64,000 nt of DNA, taken from the NCBI GenBank assembly GCA_000830295.1, contig CP010425.1, positions 32,001 to 96,000 of the forward strand. The letters are read 5' to 3'. The translations under genes and the position numbers were made by a program. Each line of letters begins with the position of its first letter. Within the stretch, counting starts at the first letter, position 1. The notes under the pieces are model-generated. The model was not told the origin of the DNA, did no database searches, and saw nothing but the letters and a program-made list of their open reading frames with translations. This DNA comes from an archaeon GW2011_AR15. Lineage in GTDB: Archaea; Nanobdellota; Nanobdellia; Woesearchaeales; GW2011-AR15. Below are positions 16,722 to 26,737 of this stretch, one piece after another.

Positions 16722-17729
16722 CTAGAAGCCCGGTATGGGCTTCATGCCTGATCTCCTTCTTCCGAATTCTTTCTGCCTTATGTTTGAAATTGTTTCTGCC
16801 AGGTCCTCTTTTCTCCAGTTCGGCCTCTGGATGACGTCCCTGACAATAAGCTTCTTTATGAAATCGCAGAGTGAATCGGGAACATCAGCAGGGACTCTTC
16901 TCGTCAGCGGGTCGCCGCCAAGGGCATACAGCATGGTCATCCCCAGGCTGTAAAAGTCTGACTCTGGGACAAGCGGCTTGCCTGATATCTGCTCAGGAGA
17001 GGCAAACATTGGTGTATATCCCTTGCTGGATGAATTCTCAGAAGGCCTTATCAGAGAAAGGCCGTAATCAACAAGCACAACCATGTGGGAGTCAGGCTGG
17101 ACAATGAAGTTCTGGGGCTTCACATCGCCGTGCACAACACCGTTGTAATGAAGGTATTTCAGGGCATTAAGCGACCTTTCAGTTATCCATGCGACATTTT
17201 CAGGGTCCAGCTTCTTGTTTTTTTCTATTATCCTGCCAAGAGTAGGGCCCGGGACATAGCTCATCACAAGCACAGGCGAGCCGTCCTCCAGTTTGAAAAA
17301 GTCCCTCATAGTAGGGATGCTGTAGTGCCTCAGGTCCCAGATGGATGCTGCCTCTTCCATCAGTATCCTCTCATCCTGCGGGGAAACATAATGGCCGTGC
17401 TTGAGGCATACGGGAGCGCCAAGCATCACATGCTCCCCGTAATATGTTTTTCCAAATCCTCCGTCTGCAATTTCCTTTATCACCCTGTAATCTTTTATTA
17501 TCTTGCCCTCTAGAGAAGACCTGTCCCTGTCATAATCTGCCCTGCTGGCAGGATTAAGCAGCGTGCCGCTTGCCTCATTGAGAAGCTGGGCAATATCGCC
17601 TTTCCCTTCATTTACATCAGGGTGGTAGAGCTTCATCAGGACTTTGTATGCTGCAGAAATAACCTCGGGCCTGGCTCTTGGGCTGACTTCCAGAACATCA
17701 TAGTAGTTGACTTTTGTACCTGGTTTCAT
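16722..17729 (-). CDS. J-domain/Ser-Thr protein kinase fusion
   Basis: YYDVLEV...AYK.L...YHPD; GGFGKTY, VCLK, HGDVKPQN, DYG, SPEQ, DFYSLG. Confidence 0.92.
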   Translation of the reverse strand: MKPGTKVNYYDVLEVSPRARPEVISAAYKVLMKLYHPDVNEGKGDIAQLLNEASGTLLNPASRADYDRDRSSLEGKIIKDYRVIKEIADGGFGKTYYGEHVMLGAPVCLKHGHYVSPQDERILMEEAASIWDLRHYSIPTMRDFFKLEDGSPVLVMSYVPGPTLGRIIEKNKKLDPENVAWITERSLNALKYLHYNGVVHGDVKPQNFIVQPDSHMVVLVDYGLSLIRPSENSSSKGYTPMFASPEQISGKPLVPESDFYSLGMTMLYALGGDPLTRRVPADVPDSLCDFIKKLIVRDVIQRPNWRKEDLAETISNIRQKEFGRRRSGMKPIPGF

Positions 17730-17838
17730 AGCATAATAGATGGAAAGCAAAAAATATATATTTAACGTACTTATTTAAAGTTTAATATGTTTTGTATATA
17801 CTTAAGGTTTATTAAAAGAAAGCAAAATCCCGGATATC

Positions 17839-18282
17839 CTACATCTTTTCCTTTGCAAAGAAATATCTTGCCCTTTGCAGGCTTTCTCCTTTAATCTGGG
17901 AAATGTAAAATCCCTGCTCCAGGAAGCAAAGCATAGGATGATAGTCAAGAAAAAAATCACTTACCTTCATCTTATCGCCAGAGTCCTTCCACATAACCCT
18001 TGCTACCGGCTTCTGGAGCCCGTCCCCATATTCAGCTCTTTGCGCAGTCGGCGAAAGCATGTATGCTATTGTATAAACTCCCGGGTTGGAGTCCTGCTCT
18101 TCCCAGAGAGTCTCCTCCTGCCCTGATCCTGTCCCATAATAAAGATGAAACACCGGATTTTCTGAAAAATATTTCTGCAGCTCCACAAGAATCCCATGTT
18201 CCGGGACTTCCCATTCCCTGAGTGCAGGGATCGAAAGCATAATTTCTTCCAGTTTCTTGTCCATTGCTTTTTTTTCTGGCAT
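17839..18282 (-). CDS. Hypothetical protein
   Basis: ORF fills the gap and has an upstream TATA; no motif recognised. Confidence 0.6.
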   Translation of the reverse strand: MPEKKAMDKKLEEIMLSIPALREWEVPEHGILVELQKYFSENPVFHLYYGTGSGQEETLWEEQDSNPGVYTIAYMLSPTAQRAEYGDGLQKPVARVMWKDSGDKMKVSDFFLDYHPMLCFLEQGFYISQIKGESLQRARYFFAKEKM

Positions 18283-18366
18283 TAATACTAGTAGGCATAA
18301 TTTATATTTAAATGCTTCCCAGACCGAACATTTTTTATATCATGACGGCTATAAGAGTATAAAAAG

Positions 18367-19632
18367 ATGGTGAGCCTTGGTTTTGAAAGCCAGATAGTTG
18401 TTGTTATCGGCCTCTGTCTGGTGTCCTCGTATCTTCTCAACCTTGTGTTAAATAAAAAATTTAAGCTTCCGCTGATGATTGCCCCGCTTATAGTCGGCCT
18501 GCTGCTGAATTATAATTTCTTTGACTACCGCTACCTTGTCCCTGATTTCAGGACAGTAATTTCTGTGTTCGCCAACATGGGTGTTGCTGTTGTGCTTTTC
18601 TTCATCGGCCTGAAAGTCGATCTGAGATATATGAAGGACCTGTCAAGGAGCGCCTCAGTAATAGCCCTCAGTTCCGGGCTTATCCCTTTTTTGCTTGGCT
18701 CTGCTGCAACTTTCCTGTACACCGGCAACCTCTTTGAATCCCTGTTCGTGGGAGTTGCGCTTGCAATCACGGCAGAGGAAGTATCCGTCGGAATACTTGA
18801 TGAGCTGAAAATGCTCAAGAAAAGAATCGGGCAGCTCATACTGGACGCAGGCATAATAGGCGATATTTTCGAGATAAGCATAATCGCGCTCCTGGGGATC
18901 CTGATCAGGTATAATTCCATGCAGGGCTCTGCCCTTTTCACTATGCTGCTGGAGATAGGTGTATTTCTGGCAGTCATACTCCTGATGAGGTATTTTGTGA
19001 TTGACATGCTGCTCAGGATTGCAGAAAAGACAAAAAGGGGCTTTGATTATTTCGGCGTTGCCCTTATTACACTGCTGGTAATGACTGTGGCTTCGGAGCT
19101 GCTTAACTTCAGCATGGTCCTCGGCGCTTTATTGGCCGGGATTTTGCTGAAAGACAAGCTCGTAAAAGACAAGCTCTATTACGAGGAATACCAGATAACA
19201 GAAGCCCTCGAGGTTTTCAATTTCGGGATATTCCATCCGATTATATTCATCTGGATCGGGCTGAGCATTGATTTCAGCATAATTTACAATAACATCGGGT
19301 TCGGGCTGCTATTGACTTTCCTTGCTCTTGGCGGGAAACTGCTTGGAAGTGTATTCGGGAATTATCTTGTCAACGAGCCTGCGAGCGAGGGGATGCTGAT
19401 AGGCTGGGGCCTGAATGCAAGGGGAGCGACAGGGCTGTTCGCCCTGCTTATAGCAAAGAATGTCGGGCTTGTCTCCCTCGGAGTTTTCTCAGCAATAGTT
19501 TTCATGGCCCTGGTAACAACAATCATCTCCCCTGTTGTCTTCAAGATGCTTGCAATGAAGGGCTACGGGATTGTCAATCATGCTAATCATTACAAAGCGC
19601 ACAGGCACAGGAAGAAGGTTGGGATTGTATAA
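18367..19632 (+). CDS. Cation:proton antiporter (CPA2/Kef-type)
   Basis: About 12 TM segments, LFFIGL, AITAEEVS.GIL.EL, ARG in TM11. Confidence 0.88.
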   Translation: MVSLGFESQIVVVIGLCLVSSYLLNLVLNKKFKLPLMIAPLIVGLLLNYNFFDYRYLVPDFRTVISVFANMGVAVVLFFIGLKVDLRYMKDLSRSASVIALSSGLIPFLLGSAATFLYTGNLFESLFVGVALAITAEEVSVGILDELKMLKKRIGQLILDAGIIGDIFEISIIALLGILIRYNSMQGSALFTMLLEIGVFLAVILLMRYFVIDMLLRIAEKTKRGFDYFGVALITLLVMTVASELLNFSMVLGALLAGILLKDKLVKDKLYYEEYQITEALEVFNFGIFHPIIFIWIGLSIDFSIIYNNIGFGLLLTFLALGGKLLGSVFGNYLVNEPASEGMLIGWGLNARGATGLFALLIAKNVGLVSLGVFSAIVFMALVTTIISPVVFKMLAMKGYGIVNHANHYKAHRHRKKVGIV

Positions 19633-19646
19633 AAAAAACAGAATGC

Positions 19647-20243
19647 TTATCTGGAACTATCCGCCTGTCTCTCCATCTCCAGTTTCTTGGAAATGGCTTT
19701 TGAGGTCGGGCTCATGCTGTATGCACTTATAATCTCCTCAACCAAGTTGTCAACTGCATCTTTCTTGTTGTTGAATGATGCCTGGTAGACGCCCTGTACC
19801 ATGTACTTCATAGCCTGGTCAACCCTTCTCTGCGGGGCGACTTCAACTGCCTTAGGATACCTTGCTCCCCCGTACTCGATTGTGATAATCTCCTCCCTCG
19901 GAGCTGCATTCTCAATTGCCTTTGCAAAAACCTCAATCGGGTTCTTGTTAAGCTTTTTTTCGATTCTCTTAAATGTCTCTTCCACAAGGTCATATGCAGA
20001 AAGCGCTTTTCCTGTGTTCCTTCCTGAAGAGATGACGTGCTTCTTGGCCTTGTGGCCTGCAACCATAAGCCTGTTCATAAGCCTTTCAACAATGAATGTC
20101 TTTGACTTGTGGAACCTGTTGCCTGCATATCTTGCGCCTGTCCTTGGGACTATCCTTGGCTTCAGCGAGATGTAATTCTTAAGGCCGGGATCACTTATCT
20201 CAATGCCTTCCACACCCCACCTGTTAAATGCCTTAATGCTCAT
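19647..20243 (-). CDS. rps7: 30S ribosomal protein S7 (archaeal)
   Basis: [30 protein letters not shown]. Confidence 0.97.
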   Translation of the reverse strand: MSIKAFNRWGVEGIEISDPGLKNYISLKPRIVPRTGARYAGNRFHKSKTFIVERLMNRLMVAGHKAKKHVISSGRNTGKALSAYDLVEETFKRIEKKLNKNPIEVFAKAIENAAPREEIITIEYGGARYPKAVEVAPQRRVDQAMKYMVQGVYQASFNNKKDAVDNLVEEIISAYSMSPTSKAISKKLEMERQADSSR

Positions 20244-20677
20244 TTTCTAGCCTTCTCCAGTTTTCCGTGAAGCAGTGCATGGAGCGACTGGTCGTTCACC
20301 TTGATGACCTGCCACCTGACGCCGGGAATATCTCCTTTTGACCTTCCCTTTGCTCCTCCGATGCATTCAATCATTACTTCATCGTGCTCGTCTACAAATT
20401 TGGTTGCCCCGTCTCCCGGAAGGAATGCAGTGACCTGCTTCCCGTTCTTGATAAGCTGCACTTTTACGCACTTGATAAGCCCTGAGTGAGGCTGCTTCCT
20501 CTCAATCTGCGTCTTCTCTATGACGATGCCGTTTGCCTGTGAGACTCCTCCCAGAGGGTCGGATTTCTTTCTCAGGCCAAGAAGCTTCCTCTTATACCTG
20601 ATATCCTGCCACCTGGAGTTGATTCTCCTGCTTACCAGCTTGTTTGCTGCGTTTATCCCTGACGGTTTTTTTCCCAT
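20240..20677 (-). CDS. rps12: 30S ribosomal protein S12 (archaeal)
   Basis: [34 protein letters not shown]. Confidence 0.98.
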   Translation of the reverse strand: MGKKPSGINAANKLVSRRINSRWQDIRYKRKLLGLRKKSDPLGGVSQANGIVIEKTQIERKQPHSGLIKCVKVQLIKNGKQVTAFLPGDGATKFVDEHDEVMIECIGGAKGRSKGDIPGVRWQVIKVNDQSLHALLHGKLEKARK

Positions 20678-20678
20678 A

Positions 20679-21098
20679 TCAAATTACCTTCAAATCCTGA
20701 ACATCTTTAAAATACTTTCGCATGATGTCGAGGTTGTTTTTTATGTTCGACTGGTTCCTTCCTATGAGGAAGGCCTTTGTCCTGGTGTCATCAGCCTTCA
20801 TGGTGATGACCCCTTCTTTAAATTCCACCTCTGCCCTAAGCGGGTGGATAAGGTTTTTTGCAAACTCTGCCTCTGATTCCGTAAAGCCTATGATCCTGAC
20901 CTTCTTTTTTAGCATGGACTCCATCTTCCTGACGTTTGCCGCATGCTTGCCTATTGCCTTGCCCAGCATCTCCTGGGGGACAACAAAGTTCATCAGGTTA
21001 TTGCTGTCTATGAAATAATCCTTTACCCTTGTCCTTGTTATTTTTTCAAACAGGGTCATCACCTTTAAACTGTCTGCGTTATATGTGATACGGGACAT
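20679..21098 (-). CDS. nusA: Archaeal NusA-like KH-domain protein
   Basis: GKAIGK..ANV, IGRN..N; lies between L30e and S12. Confidence 0.92.
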   Translation of the reverse strand: MSRITYNADSLKVMTLFEKITRTRVKDYFIDSNNLMNFVVPQEMLGKAIGKHAANVRKMESMLKKKVRIIGFTESEAEFAKNLIHPLRAEVEFKEGVITMKADDTRTKAFLIGRNQSNIKNNLDIMRKYFKDVQDLKVI

Positions 21099-21099
21099 G

Positions 21100-21369
21100 T
21101 TAGCTCAGTAACCCGATTACTGAAATTGAATAGGGCCTCTTGCATTGGACGCCCAGCTCGTCGTTGGGAACTTCCAGCATCACTGCCTGCACACCTGCAA
21201 GCCTGGCATAATGCTCGATATCCCTGACTACTTCTGCTGGCGCATTTGATGATATGAAAACCCTGCTCAGCTTCCTGAGCTTCAGATTCTTTATGGTGCT
21301 GTCAGTACCTATTACAAGCTTCTTTGTCTTCAGGTACTTTTTTATTTCTTCCAACCCTGTTTCTGTCAT
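21100..21369 (-). CDS. rpl30e: 50S ribosomal protein L30e
   Basis: KLVIG...T.K, ELG..C.RPY.ISV; operon context. Confidence 0.9.
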   Translation of the reverse strand: MTETGLEEIKKYLKTKKLVIGTDSTIKNLKLRKLSRVFISSNAPAEVVRDIEHYARLAGVQAVMLEVPNDELGVQCKRPYSISVIGLLS

Positions 21370-21430
21370 CTTTCCTCATGAAAATTCCGACTGTTTATAA
21401 AGATTTTGCTCTCGGACAGACAAGGAGAAA

Positions 21431-21946
21431 TCATTCAACATTCTGTATCTGGTCGTCGTTGTCTCTCCTGATAACCTTGACAGCATCCATCTTGACTGTA
21501 ATAGGAATAGGGACTGCTGCCTGAAGCAGCTCGACAACAACTTCTTCCTTAAGCTTGTCAACCCTTATGATCTTGGCCTTCTCCCTCTTGAACGGCCCGC
21601 TTATTATCTCGGCAATGTCATTCTTCTGTATATTAACTTCCTTCTTGACCTGCTCAAGCATATGCTCTATCTCCTTGTACTGGACCTGCTTCGGAAGTAT
21701 CCCCCTTGCATAAGGTATATTGAATGCTGCCTGCTCTGCATCTGACTTTGTGGCAGCTTCCAGGAAAATGTAGCCTCTCATGCCGTGCGGCCTTACGACT
21801 GCATATACTTCAAGCCCTTTTTTCTGGGCATTGCTTGTCACGAAATCCATGACCTGGTCTTCCCTGTTGGCAGTTGTCCTTAGTGCAAATATGTTCGGCT
21901 CGCTGCTCTGCGGCGCTGCTGCATTTTCTGTTGTTTCTTCCGGCAT
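21431..21946 (-). CDS. spt5: Transcription elongation factor Spt5 (NusG)
   Basis: NGN GYIFLEA; KOW IISGPFK.EKA. Confidence 0.96.
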   Translation of the reverse strand: MPEETTENAAAPQSSEPNIFALRTTANREDQVMDFVTSNAQKKGLEVYAVVRPHGMRGYIFLEAATKSDAEQAAFNIPYARGILPKQVQYKEIEHMLEQVKKEVNIQKNDIAEIISGPFKREKAKIIRVDKLKEEVVVELLQAAVPIPITVKMDAVKVIRRDNDDQIQNVE

Positions 21947-21947
21947 T

Positions 21948-22118
21948 TTATATAAGCATCTCCTTTGCTATGAAAAGCAAAAAACCTACTGCACCTATCA
22001 GCAGTACACCCATCCCTGAAATCTTGAATATGTTCTTGAATTCAGTCCCGTCCGGCTTCTTTGTAACAGCCAGGACCCTTTTGCATTCTATGATAAATGT
22101 CTTTAGGTTGCTAATCAT
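21948..22118 (-). CDS. secE: Protein translocase subunit SecE/Sec61-gamma (56 aa, absent from ORF track)
   Basis: Hand translation MISNLKTFIIECKRVLAVTKKPDGTEFKNIFKISGMGVLLIGAVGFLLFIAKEMLI; directly upstream of spt5. Confidence 0.93.
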   Translation of the reverse strand: MISNLKTFIIECKRVLAVTKKPDGTEFKNIFKISGMGVLLIGAVGFLLFIAKEMLI

Positions 22119-22156
22119 TTGCTTAAAAGCAAAAACCCCTAGTATTTAAAGATTGC

Positions 22157-22720
22157 CTAAATGACCGGAGCAAGCAGATCATAGAGTGCGCTGAGCAGGG
22201 GAAGATAGATCACGAGGTTGAAGAACATCTGGGAAGTCTGGTGGGTAAAGCTCTCGAAAGGCGATATCCCGACCATCGTGAACCAGGGGAAGGCGATTAC
22301 TGTCCTTATTATTATGGCAGCAAAGTAAGCGGTCGCAAAGGGCATGCCGAAGGCGCTGTGCATTGTCCCTGTAAGGAAGCCTGCCACTCCTGCAAGTATT
22401 ATGGTGGAGACATAGGTTATTGAGACAAAGCTGTTCATCACATAAGAGAACCCGCCTACTGCAAGGCCGTAGAATAACCCCACTATAGGGCCGAATATGT
22501 ATCCTATAAAGCATGACATTGCCGTGTTGCTCTCAATCGAGATATGCGGCACCATCTTTGCATACCTTACAGTTATGAAAGTTATGGGGGCAAAGACGAT
22601 GACAAGGAGTATTCCTGTGACATATCTTGACCAGATAAGCGCCACAAGAAGGATGACAAGGGCAATAAGAACGTTTCTGAGATTTAGGTATTTCCTAAAA
22701 TCAATCTTCTTTTTGCTCAT
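22157..22720 (-). CDS. Membrane protein, ECF S-component-like paralog 1
   Basis: About 6 TM; PHISIE...GYIFGP..G..YG; ESFTH. Confidence 0.7.
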   Translation of the reverse strand: MSKKKIDFRKYLNLRNVLIALVILLVALIWSRYVTGILLVIVFAPITFITVRYAKMVPHISIESNTAMSCFIGYIFGPIVGLFYGLAVGGFSYVMNSFVSITYVSTIILAGVAGFLTGTMHSAFGMPFATAYFAAIIIRTVIAFPWFTMVGISPFESFTHQTSQMFFNLVIYLPLLSALYDLLAPVI

Positions 22721-22870
22721 TAAAAAACAGAGTAAAATGCCTTCCTTTTTAAATATTCTGATAAGGGAGTTTATTCCCTCAGAAACTTTTAAATAGTGTA
22801 AACATCTTTCCGATTTTATGAAGGGTTGCTTTTATTGTAAATTCTCTGCTTCTGGGGGCGGCTGTGCTGG

Positions 22871-23443
22871 ATGACTAAGAAAAAGAAGATATATTTTGAC
22901 AGCATAAAGAAGCATCTTACCCTGAGGAATTTCCTGATTGCGGGCATAGCCCTTATCATCTACCTTATGTTTGCAGACCTGGCAAAGGCAATATTATTTA
23001 CAGCCCTCTTTGTCCCGCTCGGCACAGTCTCCATCAAGGTAACCAGGCTGCTGCCGCAGGCAAACATCGAGGTCATAACGCCTTGCAGCTTTTTCCTCGG
23101 CTACCTCTATGGCTGGCCCGTGGGCGTCTTTTACGGCGTAATCCTGGGCGCATACATGTGGTCAACCGCATACAGCATTTCCCAGTTCGTCGTCATGTCG
23201 CTGTTCCTGAACGGCGTTTCCGCATTTATGGGCCATTACTTCAGCACCTCTTTCGGATGGAGCTTTACATTCGCATATCTTCTGGCAATGGGCATAAGAA
23301 ACATACTATATTTCACAATAGGCCTTCTTATAGGCGGCAATCCTGTGGAAAACACCATGCATACAATCACTGCCACCCTCACCAACATGCTGATTTTCCC
23401 TACTTTCATGATAATGCTGTATAACATAGCAACAATAATCTAA
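22871..23443 (+). CDS. Membrane protein, ECF S-component-like paralog 2
   Basis: PQANIE...GYLYGW..G..YG; ENTMH. Confidence 0.7.
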   Translation: MTKKKKIYFDSIKKHLTLRNFLIAGIALIIYLMFADLAKAILFTALFVPLGTVSIKVTRLLPQANIEVITPCSFFLGYLYGWPVGVFYGVILGAYMWSTAYSISQFVVMSLFLNGVSAFMGHYFSTSFGWSFTFAYLLAMGIRNILYFTIGLLIGGNPVENTMHTITATLTNMLIFPTFMIMLYNIATII

Positions 23444-23453
23444 GGGAGCATGG

Positions 23454-24005
23454 ATGAAAAAGACAACAATCACTGAATTCATAAAGCAGAACGGGAAGAT
23501 GCTTCTCCTTGCTGTTATCTCACTTATAATTTTCAACAAGTATATCATAATAATCGGCGTCTTCATACTCTTCGGCATCCTGGGCATAATAAGCCTCCAG
23601 GTGACAAGGCTTATCCCCCATGTCTCAATAGAGACAATCTCGGCATCATCAATACTATTAGGCTATCTGTGGGGATGGAAGCTTGGGCTTGCATTCGGAG
23701 TCATTTTCGGGCTCTACGGCTACATGAAAATCTCGCTGATAAAGCTGAAGACAATTATTGCAGCAATGCTGATGGGCATCTGCGGCGTCATCGCTGCGAT
23801 ATTCGCCTCTCTCGGCTACTCTTTTGCCTCTGCATACCTGCTGACTTTCCTTATCAAGATGGGGCTCAACCAGATTATATTCCCCCTTGTGGAATCAAAC
23901 ATGACAGAAAACTTCATCCACTCTTTCGGAGACCCTATTTTCAACATGCTCATAACATTCCAATTAATGCAACTAATATATACTATACTCACTTTCATAG
24001 CATGA
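23454..24005 (+). CDS. Membrane protein, ECF S-component-like paralog 3
   Basis: PHVSIE...GYLWGW..G..FG; ENFIH. Confidence 0.7.
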   Translation: MKKTTITEFIKQNGKMLLLAVISLIIFNKYIIIIGVFILFGILGIISLQVTRLIPHVSIETISASSILLGYLWGWKLGLAFGVIFGLYGYMKISLIKLKTIIAAMLMGICGVIAAIFASLGYSFASAYLLTFLIKMGLNQIIFPLVESNMTENFIHSFGDPIFNMLITFQLMQLIYTILTFIA

Positions 24006-24018
24006 GGAGGCATAAAAA

Positions 24019-24531
24019 ATGAAAAACCTGTTCAAAAAACTTGACAAGATCGCCACGGATATTCCTGCATCAGAAATAATGGTCAAAGATATCAAGACAA
24101 TAAATGAAACAGAAACTGCCCAGAAGGCTGTTGAGCTGATGTCAAAGCACTCAGTATCGGGGCTGATTGTGCAGGACACGACAGGAAAGACAATAGGGAT
24201 AGTGAGCGAAGGCGACCTCCTGAAGAAAGTTTTCCTTAAGAAAAAAAGCCCTGCCAAAGTTAGAATCAGCGAAATTATGACGCGCGGCCTTGAGACAATC
24301 CCCCCTGAGAAAAGCATAGGGGAAACTGCGCTGATGATGAAGAGGCTCGGAATAAGCAGGCTTCCTGTAGTCAAAAATAAAGAAATACTGGGCATGGTCA
24401 CAAAGTCCGACCTGCTTGAGGAGCTGAACGAGATCTACAGGCAGAACAGGAGGCTGCTCTGGGTTGCAGCAGTAATAACCCTGCAGTTCATAATAATAGC
24501 CGTACTGGTTGCAATGCTCATAAGCAAGTGA
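24019..24531 (+). CDS. CBS-pair protein with C-terminal TM anchor
   Basis: GIVSEGDL, ISRLPVV, GMVTKSDL; hydrophobic C-terminus. Confidence 0.9.
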   Translation: MKNLFKKLDKIATDIPASEIMVKDIKTINETETAQKAVELMSKHSVSGLIVQDTTGKTIGIVSEGDLLKKVFLKKKSPAKVRISEIMTRGLETIPPEKSIGETALMMKRLGISRLPVVKNKEILGMVTKSDLLEELNEIYRQNRRLLWVAAVITLQFIIIAVLVAMLISK

Positions 24532-25118
24532 AGATAATGAAGAATCCAAATACAATAAAAAAGGAGAACCAGAGATACCAGAGGCTCTTTGATAAATATT
24601 TTAAGATAAGGTATATACTCATCGGGGTAATCCTTATTTTCCTGTTCTCGCTGTACACTGATTTTTTCAAGGTGCTCATCCTTGTTGCGATGTTCCTTCC
24701 GCTGGCAGCCTACAGCATGATAGCCAGCAAGTTCGTGCCTCATATTGCTGTTGAGACTCTCTCAGGCAGCGTCTTGCTGCTCGGGTATCTTTACGGGCCG
24801 ATGGTTGCGCTGATATTCGGCATAATCGCAGGCTTCTACGGGATGTACAAGTCAAGCCACATAAAATACCTCATGATTATAAGAGTGGTCGTCACTGCAC
24901 TGGTCGGCTTTGTCATGGCTTTTTTTACAAACATAGATTTCAACCTGAATTTCATCATCGGAATAATAGCCATGAATGTTATACTGTACTTCCTTTACCT
25001 CCTCGTTGACCCTGACCCGATACAGAATTACACGCACAGGGCAAGCCACATACTCTCCAACATATTCCTTCTCAGGTATCTGTTTTTGCTTCTCTACAAC
25101 ATAATAAAAATAATTTAA
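24528..25118 (+). CDS. Membrane protein, ECF S-component-like paralog 4
   Basis: PHIAVE...GYLYGP..A..FG; QNYTH. Confidence 0.7.
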   Translation: MKIMKNPNTIKKENQRYQRLFDKYFKIRYILIGVILIFLFSLYTDFFKVLILVAMFLPLAAYSMIASKFVPHIAVETLSGSVLLLGYLYGPMVALIFGIIAGFYGMYKSSHIKYLMIIRVVVTALVGFVMAFFTNIDFNLNFIIGIIAMNVILYFLYLLVDPDPIQNYTHRASHILSNIFLLRYLFLLLYNIIKII

Positions 25119-25144
25119 TAAATGGGCAGTGGTTTTCTCCGGCT

Positions 25145-25927
25145 ATGAAAATACTGAAAATACCTTTGTCAGCAGGTAACCTGAAGCAGAAAAAAGGACT
25201 GGAGAAGGGGCCTGATGCCGTAGCAGGAGAAGTAAAGAATTTCTTCCTTAAGGAATCCGAAGTGCTGCCTTTCCTTGATGTAGAGGATGTAAAGATAAAT
25301 AATTCCAATATAGAAGAGGCCAACAGGCAGATTGCAAAGGCTGTCTCCGGCCTTGACATGCCTGCAATACTTCTTGGGGGGGACCATTCAATGACATATT
25401 CTGCTTTCAGGGCATTCTCAAAAAAATACAGCAACCCCGGACTTCTTGTCTTTGACGCGCATCTTGACTGCGAAAACGATTTCAGCCCGCCCACGCATGA
25501 GGATTACCTCAGGGTGCTTATAGGAGAAGGCCACCTGAAGAAAGAGAATGCTGTTGTCATAGGGGTGAGGAACATGCATACGAATGAACTTGAATTTGCA
25601 AAGAAGAGCAAGCTGAAGATTTTTTCAATGCCCGAGATATACCAGGAAGGGAGGCACGTGGTTGCCGACTCATTCATGTCAGTTGCAAGGAAATTTGATG
25701 CGCTCTACATCTCTGTTGATGTTGATGTGCTGGATCCTGCTTTTGCCCCCGGCACAGGGTATACGGAACCTGGCGGGCTTACAACAAGGGAGCTGATCTA
25801 TTTTATACAGCGGCTGAAGAACCTGAAGAACATCCAGATGTGGGACCTGGTTGAGGTCAATCCTGATAAGGATATTAATAATATTACTGTCATGGCTGCT
25901 GCAAAGCTGGTTGTTGAGATGAGCTGA
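25145..25927 (+). CDS. Arginase/agmatinase (ureohydrolase) family protein
   Basis: GGDHS, DAHLD, DVDVLDPAFAPG, VEVNP. Confidence 0.93.
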   Translation: MKILKIPLSAGNLKQKKGLEKGPDAVAGEVKNFFLKESEVLPFLDVEDVKINNSNIEEANRQIAKAVSGLDMPAILLGGDHSMTYSAFRAFSKKYSNPGLLVFDAHLDCENDFSPPTHEDYLRVLIGEGHLKKENAVVIGVRNMHTNELEFAKKSKLKIFSMPEIYQEGRHVVADSFMSVARKFDALYISVDVDVLDPAFAPGTGYTEPGGLTTRELIYFIQRLKNLKNIQMWDLVEVNPDKDINNITVMAAAKLVVEMS

Positions 25928-26711
25928 GAGACGCATTCAGTATATTGTGAAGTCTGGGTGTCTCATTGAGCTGCTTGTATATCAGGGTAAAATATCTCGG
26001 GTTCTCTTTTGTGGAATAGGCAAAATATTTTCTTTTTACAACAGCCTCATACCCCATTCTTACGGCCGGCAGCGGGTCCCATGAAATCATCCCATAGAGC
26101 TCCCTGATTCCCGCTTCCCACATCTTATGCTCAAATATATTTGCAAGTACTGGACCAAGCAGCCCTCCCCTGGCCTCCTGCCTAATGTTAAAGTGCATAT
26201 GGCCCATTCTTCCCGGAAATTTCCATTTCCTGTTTTTTGCCAGGTTGTGGACAAATATGTCAAGCTTGTAAGGTGCAAATGCCGGCACTGACGCAAGCAG
26301 TTTTATTATGAACCTCCTGTTCATTGAGTTGCTGTATTTGCCACCCTCCCAAAAATACTTACCGATATTTCCGGAAAACATTTTTACCCACAGTTTATTT
26401 CTTTCAGCATCAAACTTTTTTCCTGATGCTGCAATCATATATCCGATTACCCTGTTGTCCTGGCTGGCTGCTACGTAGGCATTCTCAGCCTCTAAATCAA
26501 GGTAGGACTTTGTCAGCAGTCTTCCGTAGAAATCCCTGTCAGAAAAAAACCTGTCTATGCCGATGCCGCTGACTGCAGTATCGCAGCATATATCCTCTAT
26601 ATACTTCCTGTCAGCCTCTTCAAATTTCCTTATAGTAAACCTGCTGCCTATCCTTGGATCTGCATAAGTAAAGGGGATAAGCTCATCTATGCCGGATAAT
26701 TTGCTGCCCAT
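25890..26711 (-). CDS. Putative GNAT-fold acetyltransferase
   Basis: IRKFEEAD, VIGY, HMHFNI..EARG..LG resembles motif A. Confidence 0.55.
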   Translation of the reverse strand: MGSKLSGIDELIPFTYADPRIGSRFTIRKFEEADRKYIEDICCDTAVSGIGIDRFFSDRDFYGRLLTKSYLDLEAENAYVAASQDNRVIGYMIAASGKKFDAERNKLWVKMFSGNIGKYFWEGGKYSNSMNRRFIIKLLASVPAFAPYKLDIFVHNLAKNRKWKFPGRMGHMHFNIRQEARGGLLGPVLANIFEHKMWEAGIRELYGMISWDPLPAVRMGYEAVVKRKYFAYSTKENPRYFTLIYKQLNETPRLHNILNASLSSSQQPALQQP

Positions 26712-26737
26712 GCTAAAAATTAAAGAAAATGTTATAT

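Noticed and set aside
14745-17800. TTTGTATATA shared upstream of the PhoU regulator (~14750) and the kinase operon (~17790)
   Set aside because: Short AT-rich match overlapping TATA-like sequence; not distinguishable from chance by eye.
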